Shown here: positions 23,710-37,600 of the stretch, one piece after another | Layout of the letters: each line of letters opens with the position of its first letter | How positions within the stretch are numbered: position 1 is the first letter of the stretch | Assembly (NCBI GenBank): GCA_030141605.1 | Contig: JAQGDQ010000036.1 | Coordinates: 248,001-312,000 of the forward strand | Direction: 5' to 3' | Length of the DNA: 64,000 nt | From: Tubiluchus corallicola | Lineage: Eukaryota; Animalia; Priapulida | Translations under genes and position numbers: made by a program | The notes under the pieces: model-generated | The model's database searches: none | What the model was told of the DNA's origin: nothing | Seen by the model: only the letters and a program-made list of their open reading frames with translations

Positions 23710-24313
23710 GAGTAAGTCCTCACTTAATGACTCTCCTGTTTATTTAATGTCTCGTTTTAATGATGATGAATATTTGACACCTTTTTTCAAAGCAATATTT
23801 ATTGTATCAACTTTTTTTCCTAATTTGAAACACTAAACAGTATTTGGTTCTAAAAACGCACTAGTAACGTAAAACAGTACAATTATAAATTTGTCTTCGC
23901 TTCCCAACTGACTGGTGAAATTTAATGCTAGCCATTTGTACCAAACGAGATCTATTTGCAATTTATACACTGCCTGTAAACTAAGTCTTTATGCAAAGGA
24001 ATTTTGCCTTGGACTGTTTGCTATAGCAACAAGTGTCTAGACAAAATTGCTTCATTGCAGCGTTTAACCACTGACTGCCTAGGGCTTCAACATTAACAAA
24101 AGAGAAACTGCTAGCTAAGTAGCACTAAGTAGCAAACTCAAAAAATTAATCAGTAGAAATATTAAGAAAGTCATAAAACGTTTAATTAAGCAGCACTGGC
24201 ATTTGCCTCTGGAATTTACGTCAATTCTTTTACATTATTTTCTATGGCAGTAGTGGCTTTGTTTAACTTCCCGTTTCCTGGAATGCATTAGCGTCATTAA
24301 GCGAAACTTACTG
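23710..24313. mobile_element. Tc1/mariner (Tigger-like) MITE
   Basis: Imperfect TIR (g)agtaagtcctcacttaatgac / gtcattaagcgaaacttactg with TA flanks. Confidence 0.7.
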
Positions 24314-25447
24314 TATTATATCACATTACCGAGGAAATTAGTACTATAAAAAATTGACATCAAGTTCTCAAATTGATAATCATGTATACTGCTTAGTTGA
24401 AATCTCCAATTTTGCAAATCAGCGACTTAACTCACCATGTATGTTTTCTTTTAGGTTCGAGTTAGGTTTCTTTAAAGGTATTGCAGATAGAAATGAAAAA
24501 CTCGAAAATTCATCTTTGTTTTTTACTTGAAATAGTAGCACTGTGATGTTATAGTTATGAGTTTTTGCTTTGTTGGAGAGAAAATTTGACAGTTTGCTAT
24601 AGCAGTAATAACGCTGTAGGTAGAGTAATTTGATAGGTATGGAGCGTCTCCCAGATATATTAAAAAGTTATCACAATCCAGGCACTTCATTGTTCAAAAG
24701 TTACTAGAATTCAATATTTTTTTTAAACATTGCAGTCTTGGTGAATTAGTTTGTGTATTCACTTTGTTGTGTTTAACGTTTCTTGTAGGAATCTGAAAAA
24801 TTGCACACATCATATGTAAATTGATTTTTGCATTCTCCTAAAAAGTTTGATTTTGACATGTCTTGATTTTTGTGTGTTAACATCATAGTTAAAAGTTATG
24901 CAAAGCGAATAAAAGCATTTATGTGCAGTTGCAAAATTAAGTTTCTGGATGCTAGTTAGTAAATTGATAACAGTTAAACAAAGGTATTTCTGCACATTAT
25001 ATTAAGCAGCTTTCTAAGTATGTTTGCAACAGTAAGATGCTTGTTTAGAATATTTAGATTTCATATTTTGCTGTAAAAGCATTACAGTATTAGTACAACA
25101 AACATTTTTAATGAACAATTTAGAAATTTGATTGTAAAATTTGTGGTTTGAGTTTTTTCATCCTTTGTGTCTAAATAAACTGTTACAACACACCTTTAAT
25201 ACCTCAGTTTATTATGCTATAGTATATGCGAAGTTTGTACACGAACATTATAATGAAATATTGCGCATCTATTCATCATAGAAGTATATTACAGTATATT
25301 TTAACACAACTTGACAATTAAACTAGGATGCTTAATAAGAATAAGGAGAAAATAAAAACTTCAAGTGTGGAGTCAGATACGTAACTTGTCATCTATTGTA
25401 CTTCATTATAAGATAAGTGACTTGTTATTTTAACAAATAATAATGGA

Positions 25448-26112
25448 ACTAAGCAAGGCCCCCAAAAGTATTTCCCGCGTAAACCTACATCAAACAACAC
25501 CAACACCGTATACCACACCCATCACAAGAACTGCATACACTACACTTACCGCATCCACTATGCCACCACTCCACACCAAACCCACCATATCACACTGTGA
25601 TAATGATGATAACGATGACGATGTTGGTGATGATGATAATAATGCAACAACACAGCGAAACCACGTGAACGTTTTGCACGAAGATGAAACTGTGTGTATG
25701 ACATACTATTTGATCCATCCGTCAATGATCAATAATGCAAGAACATTCTACATCATTTTTGTCTACTGCTTCTCAGATGGTAACAGACTAATGGCGCATT
25801 CAGATTAGCTAGTTTACTCGCCAAGTAACTCACAAGCATGTTCAGACTAGAGAACAAAACTTCCTGCGACTTTCCGACAGTAAGCTCGAACTGACACCTA
25901 CCTCTCTATTCACTGCAAGAAGTGTCGATAGTGACTCGCCGAGGCTTTCACACTTCCCGTTTTTTCTAGTAAACATTTCTAGCTTTCATTCCTTATAGAC
26001 CGTTTGCTCCTCTCTTTAGCAGTGTGCACATTTCTCCTGAACAGATGCACAACTTTATTTTTTTCTGGAGGCTGATGTGCAAGTTTTTTTACGCAAAATT
26101 TGGGTGGGTGGA
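25448..26112 (-). mobile_element. Helentron/DINE-like interspersed element, copy A (inverted relative to the copies at 42070-43937)
   Basis: Aligns by eye to 42380-43352 (aactaagcaagg..cgtaaacc, cacac array, gatgat array, tactgcttctcagat, ttttctggaggctg). Confidence 0.65.
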
Positions 26113-28332
26113 TAAAGTTGTTTTGTGGTTTGCCCTTTGTAAAATCTGTCACATCCTTGACAGGCATATTTGTATACGACATGGGACAGAGTAAGTTTGG
26201 ATCAAGGTTACCTTCTCTGAGACCATGAGGCAACTTCAGTTTAGAATTAATGAGAATATAACACCTAATAGTGCACTGTTTTTCAAACATAGTCCCAACT
26301 GTAATGTTGCTGTTTTGAAGGAAGATTTTTCTGTTTTAGATGTTATAGTCAGTAAATTTAGTTTGCTCTTAAAGGATACATATTTCATAACATTGCTGGT
26401 CCTACACTAAACTAAAAAATGGAGGAATATAGGTATAATTTTATTGTTGAATAATTTGGAATTGACTTTCCATCCTTGTTTGAAATATGAGGTTGTTTTG
26501 AATAATTTAAAGCCTATGATACACTAAGACAGCTGTGACTGGTAACCAGCAGCTGCAGCTTTCACCTACCAACGTTCTGATGATACACCAAAGTGCGCCA
26601 AATGACGGCGTGCAACCACATATTTGTAGATTATTAGAAATCAACACTAATATAATAAAACAAAAAAGAAAGTAATACCTAAATACCTATTTTATCAAAA
26701 AGTTAACGATTATAACCTTGTTTAAATCTTCCCTATAGCAAAAAATTCATTTATTTGCTACTCATTCTTCATCATAAAGAAGGAAATTTATCCAAGTGTT
26801 GTATGAAGTCAAAATAATGTTCTAGTTATGCACATTATACGAAGGGTAAAGATAATCTAGACAAAATAAAGCTAAAGTCACCAAACTTTTTATTATGTGT
26901 TAAACAATAAGATAGTAAATATATGAATGGCAATTTTTTAACATTAATTTTACTAATGAAATTTTAGAACAAATATCGGTATGTCAATTCTTGACTGAAA
27001 AGTGCAGTTTCTAGTCCTTTTTGCTACAAAAATGTTCTAAGGTGGATGAAACTCTCAACTATTTAAGTAATTTTATTCTAAAGCTGCGATATTTCCTTTT
27101 TTGTATATTTTGTGCTTTTATTGTAGATTTATGTCATATACTATATCAAATTTAATGGCCAACTTAATGTTGTTGTTATGTAATTATACAAGTATAGCAT
27201 TTCATAAATAGAGCAGAATGTTATCGCGTGACTAAAGGCTGGGTTATTATTGAATGATTGTTGATGCCGCCTATCTTTGTTTGACTGGCGACTTAGTATC
27301 ACACATCGAAAATATACATGTTCTATTTTTTGCTGACAATCACTAAATGTGATAGCTGAGCATGGTCGCCAAACCCTTTAGGGTATCATAAGTACTAGCA
27401 TAGTTTAGAACGTAAAATAGTTGCCCAGTTGTCTTGTGGTAAATGTTTTATTTACATGTATATTTTATAATGGAGTTTCGTACTCTGAAACATCAATAAA
27501 GTGCCTCGTTATTGTATGTGATATATATATATGTATGTATGCATTTGTGCATTTGTTATTTAATGACACAGCTAAAAATACTACTAAAGCTGAAATGCTT
27601 TATTGTGTGTGTCACATACTGTTTTCTTGTCAGATAGATAATGATAATACATGTCCTTTATAGTTTCCTTTTTAACCTATTAACACTATATGTACTCAAA
27701 TTGTTTAAAACATGCATTATGCAAATCAAAAAGTTCTGCATTGTTCACTTGAGCCTATTTTATGAATTCGAAATACGAACACAAGCACATTGTACGTTAT
27801 ACAATTTACCCTCAACGTATTTGTTCAATTTCTTCTTTAAAATAGTGCATTCATCATGTGCAGCTATTATGTTACCTATACATTTGATTTTGCATTTTAT
27901 TGCAAAATTGCAGAAAAACTATGAAATAGATGTGTTTTTAGAACCTTTTGTAGTCTGAGCCTATAATTCTAATAGCATTATTACACCGAACAAATAGCTA
28001 AAAATTAGGGCAACTATAGGCCTACTAACTAAATTTAGTTGATTCATCTTTTTCAAGTTGGCATACCTTACTTGAGATGTAATAATTTTTAATTCATTGA
28101 ATGCAATATCTGTAATTGCTTGCAATACTACCTTGTGGCATTCAATGTGCTTACTATATTGTTTATGTCAAATTAATTTCCAGATTTGATAAAGCGAGAC
28201 CTTGCATTAAGAAATATTTGGTGTTGTAAATACATTTTATCACATAACAATACTGCCAATACACTGATAAAGAATGCCTTTTCACATTGGTTTCAAAGTA
28301 TTATTTTTAGACGTTTTGACTTGTTTACACAG

Positions 28333-28651
28333 ATGGAAAAGGTAATCGATGATGAAGATTTGCAAGAGGCCTGTTTGTGTCTGCCTGTATCACCCAAAAG
28401 AAGTCGGCGGACATTTCTCAGAAGATATCGCAAAAGTTTAGACTCGTTGTCAAATGAATGGGTTAAAAGAAAGGAAGGTTTTAGTGTACATCAAAATGCT
28501 ACTGCTTGTAAAAGGAATGTTATGATGCAAAACAGAGAAAAAATATCCTGTTGGAAAATTAAGTTTGATGAGCAAGACGACCAACAAATTTTAGATAAAA
28601 GGTTTTCATGGTACAGCAGAAAACTATTTAAAGGCAAGGATTGTGCAGAAG
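28333..28651 (+). CDS. SPIDR: SPIDR coding exon 1
   Basis: MEKVID..SLSNEWVKRKEGF..; donor g|gtact; start ATG inferred, preceded by acceptors at 28310 and 28332. Confidence 0.75.
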
Positions 28652-31600
28652 GTACTTAAACTGGCCTTGGTGGTAAAGTTGTTTCTAGTAATGTTTGACA
28701 ATTTTGGTAGCTGGAAAAACATTAAAAACATTTCTTGTTATTTTACATGTTCCACTATTAAGTTTGTTTTCTTTTGCTTACAGAGATACCTTTTAGATTA
28801 AAATTGACTTGTCCAACATTGTCTTAATGCAATTTATGACTTTGTGATGTGCATTATCTTTGTGGTACAGGTAATTTGAAAGATTTGCCAGTTACAATAG
28901 ATGAAGAGTCCGACAGTGAGGAAAAATGTGTAGCTCCTCTGATTGAAGCATGTGTCTCAAGTCAACTACTTCATAATGAAGAGATAGTGGTAAATTTATT
29001 ACAACTAAAAACCTGAAATATATGTTATTAGTTACTCAGTGTTGTAGCTAAAAATGCTGCATTTTCAATACAAATAAACCTTTAGGCAGTGGGGTAGTTA
29101 GAGCTTGTGGCACTCGGGGCATCATTCAAATTTAACGTGCATCCACTTTGTGTAATGCTTACATTGAAGTAACCTTTAGTGGAAGATTAGCAGATCTCTT
29201 CCTGGCGTTATTCCTGCTAGTGTCGCAGACTTCATAATTAATGCACTTTTTTAATTTATTTCTCTTAAGAAAAATTAAAAGAAAAGCAAATGTGTGAGAG
29301 GTGAGCATGTGCAGAACAAGGATAAAAACTATCAATTGCAGTTTTTGTTATCTAGTCCAGATATGTCGGTCTGGATAACCCCATGTATCTAGCATAACTC
29401 CCCATCCCTTAGCTGCTTTTAGGCCTACAAATTGTTTATGAGCCTTATTAATTACTACTAAGTAATACAAACTCCTATGTGCCACAGTGTGTGTGTTATA
29501 AGCATTAAAACTCGAGTATTCTGCATTCAATTGCATTAAGGGCTTAACAAGCCAGTTTCATAACAATCTTTTGCTTTAGCATTTTGAAGGGACAATCTCA
29601 GAGTATGAATCAGAAGAAGAAGATTTAAACAAGGACATAATAGAGGTGACCATTTTTTTGTATTTTTTATGCTTCTCGATTTAAATGTAGCAAAATGTGA
29701 GTACAAACTTATACTTTGTATATATTTTTAGCCTTCTCAGGATTTAGCATCAGCTACAATTCTCGAAGCCACACAGTCTCCTCAGAGTAATACAGAAATT
29801 ATTATTCGAAAAAAGGGTTCCGAATGGCTTAAGACTGTGAACTGGTCTGCAACACCTGTTAAGTCTGCTACGCCTTCTCCACCTGATGATTCAACTAAAA
29901 AGAAACCACGATTTGTGAAGTGGGTATACTGCTATAATAATTATGCATGCTCTTCTCAACCTTTTTGTGGTCTCTTTTCTCACTTAATTTGCTTTTTAAC
30001 ACTCATTTTGTGTTATAATAATTGATTTTTTTGTCAAAGATGAAAATTCCATTTTTGGTCATGAACTGAAATTTATGAGATTGTTCTTGTTAGGTTTAAT
30101 AATTGCATTATGTTGTAAAATAGCAATTTTTACATGCACTACCAAAGTCTTGCAGTAGGCCTGGTGTGTGGATATTGTCTTCAAGCTATAACTGCATTGG
30201 AATAAATACAGTAAAATGAAATAACATAACACTCACTTAATTAAACTTTTGCAAAACCTGTGTAAAAGAGAGGTAATGTGGAAAAACTTTTATTTGAACC
30301 TTGTTTATAATCCAAACATCCTTCGTTTGCACATTTTCCCCCTGATCATAATGTGTTTTCAAAAATTAAGAAACGTGGGTTTAATCCATCATAAACTGAC
30401 ATTCTTGAAATTCAAGTTTTCTAAAATTTAAATGAATCCATTTGTTTATATTATGTGGCTATATTTTTGTTTTTTGTGGCAGAGGTGCTTTAGCGGAAAA
30501 GTTGCGCAAGTTAGAGAAAAGGGAATGCGCTGAGTTCTCTTTCTGGAAACACAGTTATAGCCATGCTTCATCAAACGCTACAGGTACTGATAACAACTAA
30601 AGATTTAACAAAACAATTGATTAAAGACATTAAACTGACAGTGAAAAGCATTGTGTTTGCGAGTGATAGTAACCTGTTCCAGGTTTTCACAGTTTTGGCG
30701 AAGCAATTTGTCGCAGTTATTCCTTACCTCGCTTTTTACTGTTTAGTATGAGAAAGAATGTGTAGCTTATTGAGCTTATTTTTTTTACTTTTAAGCACCT
30801 GCCAGAATTTGGTACACAAAGATGGGACCTGCTATAAATGTTAAATGGTTGTAGCTCTTTATGAAGTATAATCTTCTAAGATGAGACACGGAATTGATGG
30901 AACTGTCTTAAAGCCACTTTTAAATGCATTTACATCCTAGGGATGTGCATGAATAATAGTCTATTTGAAGTTTCAAGTGTTTTTTACTATTCATATAACA
31001 AAATGCTATTCCATTGTTCTATGTACACTATATCGACCCACTCCTTACGGCATCAGAAGGCTTCGAGCTTAGTATTGGAACATTCTGACAAAGTTTATTC
31101 AAACACCGTAGTATCGTTATACGTTGGTTTGCTCATTATGCAAAAGCAAATTAAATTATCAAAAATCAACAAGCTCTATGTCAAAACATCTACACTCACA
31201 GCTCGTTTTCCAATGCATGGTGCATAATGCTACATTTCAGTTCAGACAACAGTGTGGGTGCAGGTAAATTTATCTTTCCAGGGGCCATGGCTCAAAAATT
31301 AACATAGTTCAGCCCAAGTAAAAGCTTGGTGTGCCTAAATTTATTATTGCAACTAAACAATTAATGTACAATGTAATACAGTAACTGCTGCTAGGTTTAT
31401 TTGTTTCTACGTATGTGTTACCGCGATGAGTGTGGAAGGAAAATATTTCAGGGTTGAATATTCGTTTATTTGAATTATTTTTCCTAATAATATATTATTC
31501 GAAATTCCTACTCCTAATGCATCCTCCTTCAACAACAGTGATGCAGGTCATATGGAGCTACACTGAAGCAGTTTTCTAACTGATCACTGCTTAATAATTT

Positions 31601-34600
31601 CTTCTTGACTTCTCATCCTCAAGATCAACGTATAACAAACAGCCTTGAGCAACACTTTGTTTTTTTGTCATAAAATGTGTATTTTGTTTTCACTAAGAAT
31701 TTTCTGATTTTTGTTTCAGACAACTCCAAAGTAATTCTGGTGAAGATTAGAGACATCCATATTGGGTACTCGCTTTGTCATGCTTTGTGTGATATAGTCA
31801 CCAGTCATCATGCTAAAAGGATTGAAGCTTTTGAAGGGACTGACGAGTCTCAACATGATTCCGCAGATAGTCCTGTCTTCAAGAACACATCATCGGCAGA
31901 CCATATTCAAATAAATACAGATACTACTGATGAAACACAGAAATTAGTAAACACAGCACTAGATACGTGTATGTTAGATAAATCTAGTAGTCCTGTATTC
32001 AATGGAAGCATGGCATCGTTACCAGTGTGCATTAAGACTGATTTAAAAGTGAAGCCTTCAGCTTGTAAAGAACTTTTTAAAGAAATAAAGTTTGGCAGTG
32101 CAGCTTTTCAAGAAAAGTCATTTGAGGACACCAGTTATTGCAAAACAGATGACACCTCAGAATGCCATGTTCCCAGTAGCTCTTCTTGCACATCAGTTTT
32201 ATTTTCACAACGTAGAGCTGTGCAACTTCGTCTTCATGTAGGTGATCTAGTAAAAATTCATCCACCCTGGTACGTATAGCAAGATGCCCATCAGTGCCAT
32301 TTTACTTTTTAATAAACATTCAAAGTTAATTTTTTAATGCGTCATAATTTTTCTTTTTTGATTAGTATTACACACACGTACACATGCATGCACGCAGCAC
32401 ACACACACACACATACACACACACGATTGTCCTGTTTTAACTTGTTCTAAGCATGTTTTACACTTTTTGTACTCTTTCCACTTAGTTCTTAGTTTTTAGC
32501 AGTCTAATTTTTACGTTTAAATGCAGATTCATCAGTCGAGCACAAGATGAGAGATTTACTAACATGCTAATTCTTGCTGACAAGCCACCGTGTACGAGAA
32601 CGTCAGTGACTCAAATATGTGACTGCTGAATCTTTGCTGATATTAAAGTTACATGTATTGCATTTTTTGACTTAGCAAACAGTTTATCATATACAAAGGG
32701 TAATGGCATTATGGATAAACAACACACAATTTATGCGAGTTGCCTTAATTATATGAAAACTAAGAAAGTAATGCATTTCACTGAAAAGCTTTTTGCAAGC
32801 AGTTTTTCAAGTTCCAAGCGTAGTGGTTTCATAAATAAACAATATGCACTGTAATAACAAGGAAAATACTACTTAATATGTGTATTCCGTTTATAAAACC
32901 GCTGCTTAATAAATCCATTTAGCTTCGCACTAAGGTGGATTTATTAAGCAATGTATACTGTATATCTAGTGTGTGTGTGTGTGTATGTCTGTTTATACTA
33001 ATATATATATATGTGTATTAAAAGTTTTGGAAGGAGTTTACGTATCCCCACACAATTTAAATACCTAATCCCAACCCTTACCCTAATCTGCTTGACGAAC
33101 TAATCTCTTGTGTATGAGGAATTGTAAATTTTAGCCAGAATTTTAAGTCACATTCTTAGATTTTTCTAAGTTTAAAAACAAGTTGAAAAAAATAAGTGTC
33201 AGAAAAAATTTTGTGTCACTATTGTTGATATTTATAGTTTTATATGTCCACCATTTTCACTGCAAACTAGGCGAAGGCATTGCTTCCAACAGCTAGTACA
33301 GTGTTTTACCTCTAAAGGCCATGTATTTGTACCCAGCACTTGACTATTTTGCCTTAACTTCCTCTACTTCAAACAGCTCTGTGCGGTTCACACACTTTCT
33401 TTTTAAGGATTTCCAGATACTGTAGTCCAAAGGATTAAGTCCCATTTTTTTTCTTGATAATAAATCTTTATCTTTTGCAGTGAAAACCATGATTTCCTTA
33501 TTGCTTTACAGCTGTGCCTGGAGTGCTTTATTCATTAAAAAATTCTAACATTTAAAAGTTTTTTGGCCCTGGTCCTAACTTAAAATTGACTAAAACTATA
33601 AACTCGTAGCTTTCATAACAAAAAGTTAACGCACTGTGATATTGTGATATCATGCTGTGAAATTTCAATTTTATATCGCACTTACCTCTAATATTATTGT
33701 AGTTTTGCTCGTTTATTAATTTACAAGAACTTTTATTTAAAAGGAACACCGGTCTACACTAGTAAGTTAGCTTGAAGGACTTTAGTTTTCTGTGCTTATA
33801 TTTATATTCTTGCTTTCTAGTTGTAGTCTCTGACTCACAGTGAGCATAGTTAGGAGCTATTTGTTTAAAAAATTACTTCCAAGCATTAAATGTCTTCACT
33901 AATGTTTTTAATCTTATTGTGAGTTGTTGAGTGTTTTTAAGTCAACAGCAGGTTTTGCTTTAATTTCATTTGATTTCATTGGTTATTAAAATTTTAGGCG
34001 AAGACTTAAAATGGCTGATTTTGGCGTATCAATCATATTTTGCACGGATAATTCTGAAATTGTGACTACATGCGAAACGGATTTGACTTCAAGTTTTATT
34101 TGCAAAGTAGATGCTGTTTGGCAGTGCCCGTGCTTGAATGGTATGTTGCTGATGGGATTTTACTATTACTGGACCAGTATCCATGTGTTTTATAATTTGT
34201 GAAAGTCTATGATTGTAGTTTCAGTTTGTGAGCAATCGTGCATGTGATATATGCAGTTTTCTAGCCACATGCTTTTATTAAATGTGCACGAAAATTTCAA
34301 ATTGTTTAGGTAAGGTAATGTTACTGGAAACATGTACTTCTGTTAATGCCGTGTTTGTATGTGCCAACTGAGATGCTGTCTCACGTTTTAAGATGATGTT
34401 TATAGAAATTTATTTAGCTGTTATTTTTGTTTTTTGCTTTCAAAATTTATGATGATTTTGTGCCATCAAAAAGTCTGACAACTATAGTATCTATATACAC
34501 TGGTATGTATATGTTGTTTAGAATACCATTTACAATTATCACTGAAAGTACTACTGTGTCAAAGTTTAGGTTTCTAGTTACTCTACAAGCTAAGTTACGG

Positions 34601-37600
34601 CCCTCTAAAGTGACTAGCAAAACCCGGCAAATTTTGACCTGACCACCTTGATACAGTCGACCCTCGTTAAACCGGACCCCGTTAGCCCGGATATCGGATA
34701 AGACGGACGTTATCCGTGGTAAAGGAAACTGACCAATTTCCGACCGAGCTGGAGTGCTAAACACAACACGGCCTACCAATTCACCACGAGCCACTGACGG
34801 GCCGAAGCGGCTCGCGGTGCCGCCCAGGCTGCTACGATTCCCGCTAAAATTCAGTTTGCTTACCCCATCGAAAGCACTCACTAATTTCTTTATCTTCACA
34901 GGTTAACTATTTTAAAGTAATATACAGTATAGTATATAGTGCAATGTATATAGGCTTTATTAAGGTGATTATTCCTGTGTAATATAAACTATATATTGGC
35001 ATATCGGATAAATCGGACAATCGGCTAAACCGGACCCCCCCCCCAATTTTTCTGGTTTAACGAGGGTTGACTGTATTTATATTGCTGCTCGCTAATCTCA
35101 TTTCCATTAAGGTGTAACGTTTCTCCATTCCTTTCATTCTCACTCACTCACTCTCTCTCTCTCCTCTCTTCCCTCTTTTCTTTCTTTTCTCTCTTACTCT
35201 CTTTCTCTGTTCCATACATGTATTTGATTTTTTTATCATTTAGGTAAAGGATACAGACTGTTAAGAAAAAAATCTGGTTTAATGCATGAGACGTAAACAG
35301 GGCCGGCTCTAGGTAATTTGACGCCTCAGGCAGAAGTATTTTTATTATCCCTTCCTCAATGGTTGGCCCCTTCCCCTACCCCATAAAATTGAATTTATGA
35401 CCCCACTGCAGGTTCAGGGCCTTCAGGTGCAATCAAATTTCTGCTACTTTTGGCCAGCTTTTCCTTCAGCCTTTCCATTAGAAAATTATAGAAACCCTAA
35501 ATCCTTTTTTCATTTGTCCATTAATTTCGCTAGCTTCATCATCTTCACAACCATAATTCTGATCAGGTTGCAAATACTTCAGATAATACTAGAGATTCTT
35601 ATTGCTGGTCAATGTCACCATTCGCCAGCTTTTTTACCTTTGTTTCTTGTATTCCACTCCTGAAGAATTCGATACTTATAGGTTTATCTACCATAATTAG
35701 ATAAGGGCTATTGCAAGAAGCTTTTTTCGTAACAGAAGGCTATTACTTTACACAAATTCTTAGCTCTGCTGCTCTATGTATACAACAGAAAGTGTGGAAA
35801 AAAGCAGAGAAATGCATCAGTAGAGTCTGAATGAATTGACGTAATCTCAGGAAATCAGAATGGTAGCGTTGATGAATCGTTGCAATGGGAAATTAATGCT
35901 AGTAGTTCATGTCATTTAATTAAAGTCTTATGCACTTAACCAATTACACATACATTATGTTATTACTTATGCTGAACTTAAAAATTTAAAAACATTTCCA
36001 GAATTTGGCACCCTAGGCAACTGCCTAGTTTGCCTAGTGGTAGAGCTGACCCTGTACGTAAATGGGTTGTTTAGTTTATTCCTTTTCTTTTATGTACAGA
36101 TGCTAGTCTTGAAGCTGATGACTGTCCTGCAGCTTTGGAAGCAGCAAGTTATTCATTTTCACAATCTGTAAGTGACAGTATTTTACATTTGTTTATCCTA
36201 ATAAGTTTATAATAGAAGTTTATATTTAGCATTCTACATGTAAGCTACGCAAGTCTGGAACTGTGGCTGGAATTATTTACTAAAGTAAAATAATACGTCT
36301 TTGTTACTTGTTTGCTAGAATGAAATAAATTGTTGTACTGCTTTTTATTTTGCAACAGTGATATGCTAATATATTGATAAAATGCGCAAAATGCGACTAG
36401 ATTCTTCTAATTATATCTGCTTGCCATTTCTTCTCTTCAAATCCTAGTAAAAGAAAAAAGAAAGCAGCAGGTTAATTAGTAAGCTATATTCATTTTTACT
36501 ATTATTGACTAGTTAAAAAGGTAAATTTAGTGTTTACCATTTTTTAATTAAAAAGGTTTTAAGTTTCAGTTTGCAGGTCTGTATGATATACATACTTGTT
36601 TCTTTTTATTGTTCTGCTAAAAAAATTGTTGAATGATCCTCAAATTCTACAGTAGTATTAAACAACAAAAGCGATTAAGAAAAAGAAAGATCAAGAAGAA
36701 AAGCTAAGAAAAGAGTGGATGAAAAAGAAAGATCGAGAAGCAGATTGAAAGGAAAAAGGGAGAGCAGCAAAGAAGCAAAGCACAAACCATCTTGTCACCA
36801 CTAATTTTCAAACGACTGTTTTCGGGATCGATCTGACCTCTCAAAAAGTTCTTCTCACAAAGCATCTCTAAACTGTATACATGCATGCATCACTTCTCTA
36901 GCTTTGTTTTTCCAATAGTGCTTTACGATCATGACGCATAGACAGTGATGAAGAGATATGCATAGTAACTTCTTCATAGAATATGTTCTGCTGAATGTTT
37001 TAAACAACAATAAGTATAACACAGTTTCATAAGTTTGTGTTATTATCAAGGCTGCTTTATTTTATTCTTTGTCACTGGTATAAATACTATTTTTTTTGTG
37101 TATTATATCTATATAAGGTGAAAAATAATCATCATGAGTTAATAAATAGCCTGATTAAGAATGTGTTAAGGTGCAACTGGATGGCAGAGTTGGGGGTTTC
37201 GTACAAGTAATTACATTTTGTGAATGTTACAAAGTTATTATAAGCTACCAAAAGCTTTATTAAAATACCGAAGCTATTTCATCCCTTACAGGCCTGTGTA
37301 CATATATATATTGTTGAATTATACTCAAAATCTACAGTAGTAGTAAACAGCAAGATGAATTGAGAAAAAGACATGCCGAGAAGAAAACCTAAGTAAAGAA
37401 TAGAAGAGAAAGAAAGATCAAGATGTATATACATACGTATACATGTAAATAAACAAATATAAAGTGTTTTGAAAAGCTATGCATTGTGTTTTAATATTAT
37501 TATAATATATTATGTTAATATCCTTGCCAGATATGTTCTTAGTTAATTTTACGTTTTTTTTATAATCTATTTTATGTTTACTAGCTCAACTTTTATTGAA

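Noticed and set aside
32903-32950. Perfect 15-bp-stem hairpin in SPIDR intron 6, miRNA-like
   Set aside because: Only 48 nt and followed by a ..tatactgta Tc1/mariner-type end; best explained as a MITE remnant; no known seed recognised.
33064-33088. Telomere-like cctaa/ccctta repeats
   Set aside because: Only ~4 degenerate units; a common motif in non-autonomous elements.
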